Source: Thermoproteota archaeon (lineage in GTDB: Archaea; Thermoproteota; Thermoprotei; Thermoproteales; Thermocladiaceae). From it: a DNA stretch of 58,186 nucleotides. The stretch spans positions 1 to 58,186 of the forward strand of contig JAADCU010000114.1 of assembly GCA_013154355.1 (NCBI GenBank), given 5' to 3'. Numbering within the stretch: position 1 is the stretch's first letter; every line of letters starts with the position of its first letter. Of the stretch, positions 47,036 to 56,598 are shown one piece after another. Under the pieces are notes generated by a model. The model did no database searches, was not told where the DNA came from, and was given only the letters and a program-made list of their open reading frames with translations. The translations under genes and the position numbers were made by a program.

Positions 47036-50014
47036 ATGAGCGAGTTCTTAAAGATTCTCAGAGAGATAGAGGCGAAATGGCAGAGAGAGTGGTATGAGCG
47101 TAAGATATTTGAGCCAGCAATAGATGATGAACGTGCAAAGTTCTTCATAACAGTACCCTATCCATACGTCTCAGGACCACCACACATAGGTCATGGAAGG
47201 ACCTTCACTGTAGCTGACATAATAGCACGTTTTAAACGAATGTTAGGATACAACGTTCTTTATCCAATAGCGTGGCATATAACAGGAACACCGATACAGG
47301 CCGTAGCTGACTTGATATCTAGAGGTGATCCTGACACTATTCGAAGATATAGAGAGTACGTCATGCTCTACGTATCAGATCCTAAAGAAGTTGATAAGAT
47401 ACTTGAAGAGTTTAAAGATGGTTGGAAAATTGCGCTATTCTTCGCAAAAGCGTATGAGAGAGATTTTAAGAGTATAGGACTCTCAATGGACTTCTCAAGA
47501 CAGTTCACGACAGGCGACTCAGACTATAACGCATTCATAATATGGCAGTATCAGAAGCTTAGAAAGAAAGGATACATAACTAGAGGAAAACATGTAGTAC
47601 TATACGCACCAGCTGAAGGACATGCAGTAGGTGAACACGATATCAAGGGAGGTGACGAGATCGAGGTCAGGATACAGGAGTTCACGTTAATAAAGTTTAA
47701 GTTAGTAGACAGTAACGAGTACATTGTAGCAGCAACATTGAGACCTGAAACCATATTCGGAGTAACAAATATCTGGGTTAGACCCGATGCAACATATGTC
47801 AAAGCTACAGTTAACGGAGAGACCTGGATAATATCCAAGGACTGTGCATGGAAGCTGCAGTACCAGGACAAGGAGGTGAAAGTTCTCGAGGAGCTTAAAG
47901 GAGAGAGTCTTATAGGAAAGATGGCTATAGCTCCACTAGTAGATAGAGAGGTCCCCATCTTGCCAGCATTCTTCGTAGATCCTGAAGTAGGTACTGGAAT
48001 AGTCTTCAGCGTACCAGCACATGCTCCATACGACTATGCTGCACTGATAGATCTCAAGAGAAATATTGACCTGTTAAGAAAGTATAATATTGAACATATT
48101 GTTCAGAAGATAGAACCAATAAGCATAATAGAGTCTAACCTAGGCACACAGCCTGCCGTAGACATAGTTCAGAAAATGAGGATAATGAACCAGCTTGATG
48201 ATAAGCTAAATGATGCTACAAAGACAGTATATCAGGTAGAGTTCTATACTGGAAAAATGAGAGATAACACACCACTGAGTGGCCTATCTGTTCAGGAGGC
48301 TAGAGAGAAGGTGAAGGAAATGCTTAGAAGCATCAATATGCTGGACGTCATGTACGAGGTTGAGCCTAAGGGAGTGGTTACAAGATCGGGGAATAGGATA
48401 ATAGCTGCAGTTATAAAAGATCAGTGGTTCATAGATTATAGAGACCCAGAATGGAAGCAGAGGGCTTTAAAGCTAGTTAACGAGATCATGAAGATAGTTC
48501 CTGAAAAATATCGTCAACAGTTCAATGCTACAATACAGTGGCTAGAACTTAGACCATGTGCTAGACGTAGAGGAATAGGAACTAGATTACCCTGGGATCC
48601 TGAGTGGATAATAGAGTCACTTAGCGACTCAACAATATATATGGCATTCTACACAATAGTGAAGAAGCTTAGACAGTCAGGAATATCTCAAAAACTTTCT
48701 GAGCTTGTCAAGAAGGTGTATGAAGGTTCAGAAGATGCTCTAGCAGTGATAGAGAAGTTCTTTGACTACATATTCCTAGGGGAAGGAAATGTAGAAGAAG
48801 TATCAAAACTGTTAGAATGTGATAAGAACATTATTGAAGATATACGTAGAGAGTTCCTCTACTGGTATCCTGTAGACCTTAGACATAGTGGTATAGACCT
48901 GATACCGAGTCACCTAACATTCTTCATAATGCATCATACAGCAATATTCCCCGAACAACATTGGCCTAGGGCGATATCACTTAACGAGAACGTGATAAGA
49001 GAAGGACGAAAGATGAGTAAGACACTTGGAAACGTCCTAGAGATAGCTAGATTACCGAGAGAGTATAGTGCAGATCTATTCAGACTATATGTAGCATCTA
49101 GCGCAGATCTAGAAAGCATACTTGACTGGAGAGAAAGCGAGGTACAGAAGATAGCTTCACAGTTAGAGAGGTTCTGGAAAGTATGTAACACGATCCTTGA
49201 GCTAGGTCCACCAATGGAGGAGTACACGTTCGAGAGATTACATATCCTCAGTAAGAAGCTGATAAGCATAGTGAACATGATGATTGTAAGAGGAAAAGAG
49301 CATCTAGAGAACTTTAGAATAAGAGAGTATGTTGTAGACGTATTCTTTAACCTACTAAACGAGGTGGAAGAGTACATAAACGTATACAAGATCTGTAACA
49401 TAAACATAGACGAAGTAAGATACACATTAAACTATGTAATAGAGAGATGGATAAGAATGTTACAGCCCGTCATACCACACATCTGTGAGGAGATATGGCA
49501 TAGGATGGGTAAGATGACGTACATATCTTGCGAGTTCTGGCCAAGTCCTGGACCATTAAGCTGGGAGATAATAAACGCTTTTGAGATACTTGAACGTACT
49601 CTAGAAGATGTGAAGAGCATAATTAAGAGTAGAGAAGAACCTCCTAAGAGAATCTACATATATGTTGGACCAAGCTCAGAGCTATATGACATAGTTAACA
49701 TGCTGATAGAAATGCTTGAAAAAGGCATGGATATGAGAACAATAATGAGAGAGCTCTCTAAAGATGAGAAATATAGACCAATAATGAACAAGATTAGTGA
49801 TCTTCTAAGAAAGATAATCAATGGAATGATACCGAGAATAAGAACATTCAAGGACATAGAGTATGAGGTATTCAAGAACTGTGAAAAATACATGTCATAT
49901 AGGCTTGGAGGTGTCGAGGTTATTGTTCAGGATGCTGAGAGACCAACCTATGATCCTGTGGGTAAGGCTAAGCAGGCACTTCCTGGAAGACCAGCAATAT
50001 ATGTAGAATGGTGA
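47036..50014 (+). CDS. leuS: leucyl-tRNA synthetase
   Basis: Motifs PYVSGPPHIGHGRT (HIGH) and KMSKTLGN. I prefer ATG 47036 over the TTG at 47021. Confidence 0.95.
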   Translation: MSEFLKILREIEAKWQREWYERKIFEPAIDDERAKFFITVPYPYVSGPPHIGHGRTFTVADIIARFKRMLGYNVLYPIAWHITGTPIQAVADLISRGDPDTIRRYREYVMLYVSDPKEVDKILEEFKDGWKIALFFAKAYERDFKSIGLSMDFSRQFTTGDSDYNAFIIWQYQKLRKKGYITRGKHVVLYAPAEGHAVGEHDIKGGDEIEVRIQEFTLIKFKLVDSNEYIVAATLRPETIFGVTNIWVRPDATYVKATVNGETWIISKDCAWKLQYQDKEVKVLEELKGESLIGKMAIAPLVDREVPILPAFFVDPEVGTGIVFSVPAHAPYDYAALIDLKRNIDLLRKYNIEHIVQKIEPISIIESNLGTQPAVDIVQKMRIMNQLDDKLNDATKTVYQVEFYTGKMRDNTPLSGLSVQEAREKVKEMLRSINMLDVMYEVEPKGVVTRSGNRIIAAVIKDQWFIDYRDPEWKQRALKLVNEIMKIVPEKYRQQFNATIQWLELRPCARRRGIGTRLPWDPEWIIESLSDSTIYMAFYTIVKKLRQSGISQKLSELVKKVYEGSEDALAVIEKFFDYIFLGEGNVEEVSKLLECDKNIIEDIRREFLYWYPVDLRHSGIDLIPSHLTFFIMHHTAIFPEQHWPRAISLNENVIREGRKMSKTLGNVLEIARLPREYSADLFRLYVASSADLESILDWRESEVQKIASQLERFWKVCNTILELGPPMEEYTFERLHILSKKLISIVNMMIVRGKEHLENFRIREYVVDVFFNLLNEVEEYINVYKICNINIDEVRYTLNYVIERWIRMLQPVIPHICEEIWHRMGKMTYISCEFWPSPGPLSWEIINAFEILERTLEDVKSIIKSREEPPKRIYIYVGPSSELYDIVNMLIEMLEKGMDMRTIMRELSKDEKYRPIMNKISDLLRKIINGMIPRIRTFKDIEYEVFKNCEKYMSYRLGGVEVIVQDAERPTYDPVGKAKQALPGRPAIYVEW

Positions 50015-52066
50015 TTACTTCTTCTGATACCTATATACTATAGTATACTTTGCTGACAGTAGATCCTCAACATCTTGTGCAGGAATCATGAGTCTTCTAG
50101 CATAATCTTCTAGAACTGGCTTTAGTTCTCTAATCTCTTCCTCGTTTAGTTCTCTGTACTCATGAACGATCTTTATTATATGCTTGCTCTCAAATATGGT
50201 CTTAGCTAATCGTAGTGCTAGAGTACATCCATATTTCTCTAACCTCTCCTCTAGACATTGTACATCACCGTACTCGAGATCTTCTACAAGCTCTCTAGGT
50301 GCTAGACCTTCCTGAACTAGTCCTGTAACGAAGCTTACGAACTCTTCTTTTGGTGGTCTAAGACCTATCTTGTATGGTGATATTCTTCCTCTCACATATA
50401 TTCTTCCTCCAACCATTCCTGTTCCAACATGTTTATCTGCTAGCTCTATCTCAATGTTGTTTCTAGCTGCTTCTAATCCTAGAACCATTATGACTCCTCC
50501 TGCCATGTACTCTCCAAGGTATTTGTCTACTCTTCCTCCAATTATGAGATAAGGCCTCTTATCTGCGTATTCTCTCATCAGTATTCCTACTCTAGTTCCA
50601 GCGTTTCCTCTCACATATATGTATCCTCCCTGAAATGCTTGTCCAAGTACGTCTCTAGCGTCTCCATGTATCACTATGTATCCTCCATGCATTGTGTCTC
50701 CGACATCATCCTCAGCATTGCCATAGACTATGATCTCTGTGTCCATGTTGAGGTTTCCTAGACAGTTTCCTGGAACACCATATATCTCCAGTGTTACTCC
50801 TCTTATTCTATGTCTAGCAATGTTTATTCCTATATATCTCTGACCGTACACGTTGAATATTCTTATCCTCTTGATACCTTTCAGAGCCTTCTCAAGTATG
50901 AGATTGTTAAGCTTCATTGAGGATAGTCCAGTAGCATCGATTACGTCTTCGCTAGAGGGAGCTTCCATCTTCATGAACTTGCATACTCTAGCGTTCGTAG
51001 GATCGTAGAAGAGTTCTACGTCTATGCTCGATCTTCCATAACGTATTACTCCTCTCTTAAAAGATGCTATAAAGTATCCTCCAGGTTCAAGAATCCACAC
51101 TCTCGCATTTGGACTTATCTTACGTATCTGACATTCCTCACTTGCAACATAGTAATAGTCCTCGTCCTCTCCTACAGCTATAGGTCTAAGCTTCTGCTTA
51201 TCTACAGCTGCTATAAGGTACAGATCATCATTATAGTATAGACCTATGGCTATAGCGAATGGCCCGTCTAGACGTACACCAAGGTACTTTATCGCTAGAT
51301 CTCTATTCTCTTCACATCCTACTAGAAGCCTTGCAAGAGTCTCAGGATCTATAGAGTCCTCTCTGACGAGCTTATATGTTATAAATGCTATACATTCGCT
51401 ATCTGTGCCTACAAAACCCTCGAAGTCGAGAGTATACTGTAGAAAGTTCATGTTTGAGCCGAATGAGCTTATGTCACCGTTATGTACGACAGCTATGTCA
51501 GATACTGAGAACGGGTGAGACCAGTATGGGTAGTATCCTGGAGAGTTGGTAGGCTGTCTAGTATGGCATACCCAGAGATCTCCACTATACTTATACACGT
51601 TGTAGAGGTCAGCTATAGGTCTAGGATAGCCTACGCCTTTGAACACCTTGACGTGTCTTCCCCATGCATATATTCTTCCTATGCGATTCATTTTCCAGAG
51701 CTCATCATTTATCTTAAGGATGTGTCTATCTATCTTCACAGGTTCATGACGTGGTTCAAGCTCGATCTCGACGTCTAGCACTTTTTCTGTCTCGATCTTT
51801 GTCCTTACTTCTCTAACATCTCCGATATCTTTCAATTTTTCTACAACCATCTTCAGGACATCTCTCTCTTGGCCACTCTTTATTATGAACGTCTGTGCAA
51901 GAAATGGCCCATCATCAACATTGAATACGGAGTAGCCAGACCCGTACCTAGATCCTCTAAACCTAACTAGATCTAGAGCCTCTACTACCTTCTCGCCATC
52001 TATCTTTGCTGCATGAGGTTTCCTTAATATTGCCAATATTCCACAAGCATCTTTGTAGAGTTGCAC
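50015..52066 (-). CDS. glutamate-synthase-related fusion protein: class II glutamine amidotransferase domain plus GXGXG (GltB C-terminal) domain
   Basis: N-terminal DACGILAIL (Ntn Cys at residue 8). The C-terminal repeats GNAEDDVGDTMHGGYIVIHGDARDVLGQAFQGGYIYVRGNAGTRVG are typical of the GXGXG domain. No FMN/TIM-barrel domain is present. Confidence 0.6.
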   Translation of the reverse strand: MQLYKDACGILAILRKPHAAKIDGEKVVEALDLVRFRGSRYGSGYSVFNVDDGPFLAQTFIIKSGQERDVLKMVVEKLKDIGDVREVRTKIETEKVLDVEIELEPRHEPVKIDRHILKINDELWKMNRIGRIYAWGRHVKVFKGVGYPRPIADLYNVYKYSGDLWVCHTRQPTNSPGYYPYWSHPFSVSDIAVVHNGDISSFGSNMNFLQYTLDFEGFVGTDSECIAFITYKLVREDSIDPETLARLLVGCEENRDLAIKYLGVRLDGPFAIAIGLYYNDDLYLIAAVDKQKLRPIAVGEDEDYYYVASEECQIRKISPNARVWILEPGGYFIASFKRGVIRYGRSSIDVELFYDPTNARVCKFMKMEAPSSEDVIDATGLSSMKLNNLILEKALKGIKRIRIFNVYGQRYIGINIARHRIRGVTLEIYGVPGNCLGNLNMDTEIIVYGNAEDDVGDTMHGGYIVIHGDARDVLGQAFQGGYIYVRGNAGTRVGILMREYADKRPYLIIGGRVDKYLGEYMAGGVIMVLGLEAARNNIEIELADKHVGTGMVGGRIYVRGRISPYKIGLRPPKEEFVSFVTGLVQEGLAPRELVEDLEYGDVQCLEERLEKYGCTLALRLAKTIFESKHIIKIVHEYRELNEEEIRELKPVLEDYARRLMIPAQDVEDLLSAKYTIVYRYQKK

Positions 52067-52108
52067 TATTCGATTCCTAGTGTTGAGAAGTATTTAATTA
52101 TTATACTA

Positions 52109-52507
52109 TCATGTTCTAAGTTCGTAACAGAGCTTCTCGTCAACTATTCTACGCACTATGACCTTCCTCTTAGTAAGCTCTTCTACCGCTTTCATCAAAG
52201 TTGAGAGTTTTATGCCTCTAAGCTTGGCCCAGGCTATCAGATCATCCTTGCTTATCAGTCCTCCCCTCTTCTTGATTAGCTCAACTATCTTCTCTGCAAC
52301 GCTCTCCACATCTTCCTCAGCCTTCTCTACCTTTGTACTGCTCGTAGTCTTCTCTGTAGTCTCCTCGACAGTCTTCTCTTGAGCTGTGGCTTTCTTTTCC
52401 TGTCTTGAGGTCTCCTTCTTCTCCTCTTCTTCTCCTAGTAGGAATGCTGTTATTCCTAGACTACTAGGTTTCTCCTCGCTCTTCTTCTTTTTAGAGCGTG
52501 TAGGCAA
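52109..52507 (-). CDS. S25e-like small basic/acidic protein with a C-terminal winged helix (possible 30S ribosomal protein S25e)
   Basis: Lys/Glu-rich low-complexity N-terminus, then LISKDDLIAWAKLRGIKLSTLMKAVEELTKRKVIV, matching the S25e layout. Confidence 0.4.
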   Translation of the reverse strand: MPTRSKKKKSEEKPSSLGITAFLLGEEEEKKETSRQEKKATAQEKTVEETTEKTTSSTKVEKAEEDVESVAEKIVELIKKRGGLISKDDLIAWAKLRGIKLSTLMKAVEELTKRKVIVRRIVDEKLCYELRT

Positions 52508-52579
52508 GCACTCACCTCACGTAAATATGACAGAATCCTATATAAGCATGTGCTCGATATAACTGAACTGTTATAACTT

Positions 52580-54313
52580 ATGAATACCACAACATGGATA
52601 ATAGGCTCAGCATGGCCATACGTGAACTATGTTCCCCATCTTGGAAACTTGATAGGCTCAGCACTGAGCGCTGACGTATATGCAAGATACCTCAGGTTGA
52701 GAGGCGAGAAAGTGATATTTGTAAGTGGAAGCGATGTACATGGGACACCTATAGAGGTAGAAGCAAGAAAGCTGGGAGTAGATCCACAAGAATATTCCGA
52801 GATTATGCACAGAATAGTTAGCGAGCTCTTTAGAAGATGGAACATAAGTTATGATAACTACACATCGACTGAGTCTAAGATACATGTAAGATTTGTACAG
52901 GAATTCTTTCTTAAGCTCTACGAGAGAGGTCTAATATTTGAGAAGGAGGACGAACTTCCATACTGTCCAAAAGACAAGATATTCCTACCTGACAGATTCA
53001 TAGTTGGCACCTGCCCATACTGTGGCTACTGGCCTGCCAGAGGTGATCAATGTGAGAAATGTGGATCACTTCTAGAGCCTAGACAGCTAATAGATCCTAG
53101 ATGTGCAATATGTGGATCAGTACCTGAGTGGCGTAGAACTAAGCACTGGTATCTTGATCTAAAGAAGCTTGAACAAGATGTTCTCAAGTACATTGAGAGC
53201 AATGATAGGCTTCCAGAGAACGTCAAGACGATGAGCCTATCCATACTCAAGGCCGGTCTCAAGCCGAGAGCTATAACTAGAGACAACAAGTGGGGCATAC
53301 CTGCACCATTTCCAGGTGCTGAAGGAAAGACGATATATGTCTGGTTCGAGGCTGTTCTAGGATACATATCTGCGACAATGGAGTACATGGAGAAGAGTGG
53401 TAGATCTGTTGAAGATGGATTAAGAATATGGAAAGATCCTAACACTAGAGTAGTCTTCTTCATAGGTAAAGATAACATTCCATTCCACTCTATAATACTT
53501 CCAGCACTGCTAATAGGCTCAGGCGAAGGATATGTACTACCATACACAATATCGGCGACAGAGTACCTCATGTATGAAGGTCAGAAGTTTAGCAAGAGTA
53601 ATAGAGTTGGAATATGGATAGATGAGGCGTTAAAAATAATAGAGAATGTTGACTATTGGAGATTCATCTTAATATACATAAGACCTGAGACCAAGGACTC
53701 GAACTTCAGCTGGGACCAGGCTGTAGATATAGTGAACTCTATACTTAATGACACGATAGGAAACTTCATACATAGAGTACTGACATTGATAAAGAGGAGA
53801 CTTGAAGGAGCTACTCCGAGAATAACGAAACTTGAGAGACAGGATGAAGATGTGAGAGATGAAGCTTTGAAAGTGTTTAGAGAGGTCGAGAACCTCTATC
53901 ATCAGATAAGGCTGAGAGAAGCTCTACATAAGGCTGTAGATATAGCTAGAATAGGTAACAAGTACTTTAATGAGAGGAGGCCGTGGGACGTGTTAAAGAA
54001 TGATAAAGAGCTTGGTAGCTCAATTCTGGGCATAGGTCTACATCTTGTAAAGATGCTAGCTCTAGCTCTCTACCCAGTAATACCTGAAAGCATGTCTAGA
54101 CTCTGGAGAATGATAGGCTATGATAAGGACATAATCGAGCATGGATGGACTTCAGGGTATGAGCCAGTTCCTGAAGGACTTAAGCTAGGAGATGTAGCTC
54201 CTCTCTTCACAAAGATCGATAAAGAAGAGATAAAGCGTAGACTTGACTCATTAATGAAGGATAGAGCTGTAAGATGGAGTAGAAAGTTCCCATGGGAGCA
54301 GGTAGTTCTCTAG
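52580..54313 (+). CDS. metG: methionyl-tRNA synthetase
   Basis: Motifs [14 protein letters not shown] (HIGH-type), Zn knuckles CPYCGY...CEKCG, and KFSKS. Confidence 0.95.
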   Translation: MNTTTWIIGSAWPYVNYVPHLGNLIGSALSADVYARYLRLRGEKVIFVSGSDVHGTPIEVEARKLGVDPQEYSEIMHRIVSELFRRWNISYDNYTSTESKIHVRFVQEFFLKLYERGLIFEKEDELPYCPKDKIFLPDRFIVGTCPYCGYWPARGDQCEKCGSLLEPRQLIDPRCAICGSVPEWRRTKHWYLDLKKLEQDVLKYIESNDRLPENVKTMSLSILKAGLKPRAITRDNKWGIPAPFPGAEGKTIYVWFEAVLGYISATMEYMEKSGRSVEDGLRIWKDPNTRVVFFIGKDNIPFHSIILPALLIGSGEGYVLPYTISATEYLMYEGQKFSKSNRVGIWIDEALKIIENVDYWRFILIYIRPETKDSNFSWDQAVDIVNSILNDTIGNFIHRVLTLIKRRLEGATPRITKLERQDEDVRDEALKVFREVENLYHQIRLREALHKAVDIARIGNKYFNERRPWDVLKNDKELGSSILGIGLHLVKMLALALYPVIPESMSRLWRMIGYDKDIIEHGWTSGYEPVPEGLKLGDVAPLFTKIDKEEIKRRLDSLMKDRAVRWSRKFPWEQVVL

Positions 54314-54910
54314 CTACTCGAGCATCTCGTTACGAGTCTTCAACTCTATGTATGTCTGTGCTAGACCTCTCTGAAGTATTCTCTTAGCAATACATGTCAT
54401 TATCTCTACAAAGGCCTCAGCTGGAGTTAACGATCTTAGTTTTATACCTATGCTTTTAGCAACGTTTTTAGCTATCTCAGTACACTTTTGAAGATCTCTA
54501 CATCTCATACAGTTCACTGGTGGCTGTCTACCTGTAACTATTATGAGTCCTGTTCTCTTATCTACGAATGCTCCCTTGTTATTAACTATGCTTATCATTA
54601 CGCTATCATCATTAGCCATGATCTTATATACTAGAAATATGTTTGAAGCTAGAACATACTCACCATCTCCTCTTCTCTCTATCCATCCTGCTCTCATAAG
54701 AGTATTAAGATGTCTATAGAGGGTTGATCGAGGAATATGAAGCTTCTCTGCAAGAACTGCTGCTCGAGTAACTCCAAACACGATGAGCTTAAGTATGGGA
54801 AGTCTCTCTCTTACAAGAGCTACATCGAACATATCTTCTCTTAGAAGTCTTATTCTGCCGTTAGATGCTACAGGAGGCAATGTTGGAAAGCTTATTATCT
54901 CAGCTTCCAT
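54314..54910 (-). CDS. winged-helix transcriptional regulator (ArsR/TrmB-like N-terminus) with a Cys-containing C-terminal domain
   Basis: Motifs TRAAVLAEKLHIPRSTLYRHLNTLMRAGWIER, and later CMRCRDLQKC. Confidence 0.55.
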   Translation of the reverse strand: MEAEIISFPTLPPVASNGRIRLLREDMFDVALVRERLPILKLIVFGVTRAAVLAEKLHIPRSTLYRHLNTLMRAGWIERRGDGEYVLASNIFLVYKIMANDDSVMISIVNNKGAFVDKRTGLIIVTGRQPPVNCMRCRDLQKCTEIAKNVAKSIGIKLRSLTPAEAFVEIMTCIAKRILQRGLAQTYIELKTRNEMLE

Positions 54911-54959
54911 TCTCGACCATAGTAACTCTCTACGAAATGTTTAAGCACTACACTCTCAA

Positions 54960-55301
54960 CTATTTTCTGAGTAGTGCTATCACTACTCCAACTACTATAC
55001 CCACTAGAACTGGCCCTATCATCACTATGCTTAGTCCCGTCATTATTATATTTATCAATGACCATAATTTATCAAGATTACCTACGAAAGTCAGTATGAG
55101 CTTCTGAAGCGATATTCCGAGAGACCATATTCCTAGCAGTGTGCCAAGAACTATGAGAACTATTAATGCAAGTATGTACTTAGCTGCTTTTGTAGCAGCA
55201 TAACCGATACCTATGCCTAGTAAGAACTCTATGAACATTACTAGATAAGTACTATAATGAGTCATCAATGTCGAAAATATCTGTGGAGCACCTACATGCA
55301 T
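54960..55301 (-). CDS. small hypothetical membrane protein
   Basis: 113 aa with 3-4 hydrophobic helices. The overlapping + ORF looks like a shadow. Confidence 0.45.
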   Translation of the reverse strand: MHVGAPQIFSTLMTHYSTYLVMFIEFLLGIGIGYAATKAAKYILALIVLIVLGTLLGIWSLGISLQKLILTFVGNLDKLWSLINIIMTGLSIVMIGPVLVGIVVGVVIALLRK

Positions 55302-55388
55302 ATCATCTTATATTATCTGCCCATTTTAAAACATGCTTCACCTACAGAAAGTATTATAATATAGCTCGAACATGATTATTAAAGTAAC

Positions 55389-56549
55389 GTGTCTAGAAGA
55401 CAGAAGAGAGAGCCAGCAGATAGATGTGCAGTATGTGGAAGAGAGTACTATCCTCTATCTAACATACTTCCCATCTGTCCAGACTGCATAAGAGAGAGGT
55501 TCAATCAGTGTAAGAACATGATATATCGTGCACATGAGCTTAGCCGAACCAGGTTCAGACTACCATATCCTCAGCCTCGTGTAGAAGGTGGTGTTAGATG
55601 TATATTCTGTGCAAGAGAATGTTCTCTATCTAGAGGTGACGTAGGTTACTGTGGTCTAACTATCGTGGATGAGAATGGTAGACTTAGAAGAATAGCTGGT
55701 AATAGCAGATGGGGGCTACTAGACTGGTACTATGATCCATTACCAACAAACTGTGTAGCAGAATGGTTCTGCCCAGCATCAACAGGACTAGGATATCCAA
55801 AATACTCAGTATCTGAGAGAGGACCAGAGGTAGGGTACTACAATCTCGCTGTCTTCTACGGATCCTGTAACTTGGACTGTCTATACTGCCAGAACTGGCA
55901 GTACAGGGAGTACCATCTTAATCTTATAAGCAAGCTAGTACATGTAGATGAGCTAGTAAAAGCTGCAGATAGTAGTCGTGTAACATGTGTATGCTATTTT
56001 GGTGGTGATCCAAGTAGTCAGATCGTTCATGCTCTCATAGCTTCTAAGAAGATGTTTGAGAATGCTCAGAAGAAGGGTAGGGTATTCAGAATATGTTGGG
56101 AGACTAATGGTCAGATAAGTCCAATATTTCTTAGACAGGTCATAGAGCTAAGTCTGAGATCTGGAGGTATAGTAAAGATAGATATAAAGGCTGGTACAGG
56201 AAACATGTATAGAGCTCTCACAGATGGTGAGTACAGTAATGTTCTGAGAACCATCAGAGAGGTTGCTAAGAGAGTCAAGGAGAGACCTGAGGTACCATTA
56301 CTAACTATAAGTCTCCTAGTTGTTCCTGGATATGTTGATCATGTAGAGATAGAGAACGTCTGCAAGCTTGTTAACGAGCTTGGAGTAGATGTTCCAGTAT
56401 CGTTTCTAGCATTTCACCCAGACTATCTTATGAGTGATCTTCCTCCAACAAGTCGAAGACATATGGATCTAGCATTAAGGATTGCCAGAGAGTATGGTAT
56501 AGAAATGGTTAATGTTGGCAATAAGTGGCTTCTAGGCGATTACTACTAG
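55389..56549 (+). CDS. radical SAM enzyme (PflA / AmmeMemoRadiSam-like activase type) with an N-terminal zinc-ribbon extension
   Basis: Motifs CNLDCLYCQNW (CxxxCxxC) and N-terminal CAVCG...CPDC. Confidence 0.7.
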   Translation: MSRRQKREPADRCAVCGREYYPLSNILPICPDCIRERFNQCKNMIYRAHELSRTRFRLPYPQPRVEGGVRCIFCARECSLSRGDVGYCGLTIVDENGRLRRIAGNSRWGLLDWYYDPLPTNCVAEWFCPASTGLGYPKYSVSERGPEVGYYNLAVFYGSCNLDCLYCQNWQYREYHLNLISKLVHVDELVKAADSSRVTCVCYFGGDPSSQIVHALIASKKMFENAQKKGRVFRICWETNGQISPIFLRQVIELSLRSGGIVKIDIKAGTGNMYRALTDGEYSNVLRTIREVAKRVKERPEVPLLTISLLVVPGYVDHVEIENVCKLVNELGVDVPVSFLAFHPDYLMSDLPPTSRRHMDLALRIAREYGIEMVNVGNKWLLGDYY

Positions 56550-56556
56550 TACTATG

Positions 56557-56568
56557 ATTAACGTTAAT
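56557..56568. promoter_or_regulatory. 12-bp perfect palindrome ATTAACGTTAAT abutting a TATA-like TCTTAAAATAC upstream of atpI
   Basis: Read directly from the sequence. The palindrome ends about 30 nt upstream of the GTG at 56599. Confidence 0.3.
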
Positions 56569-56598
56569 TCTTAAAATACTTAGATAAGGACTGTAGAT

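Noticed and set aside
47031-47040. CTGATGA that could be read as C/D boxes
   Set aside because: It contains the leuS ATG start, and there is no partner box at the proper spacing.
47551-49893. Several minus-strand ORFs inside leuS
   Set aside because: They are antisense shadows. LeuRS motifs (HIGH, KMSKT) define the real frame.
53047-53571. 174-aa minus-strand ORF inside metG
   Set aside because: It is antisense to a strongly conserved MetRS frame, and its composition is Ser/Leu/Pro-rich with no motifs.
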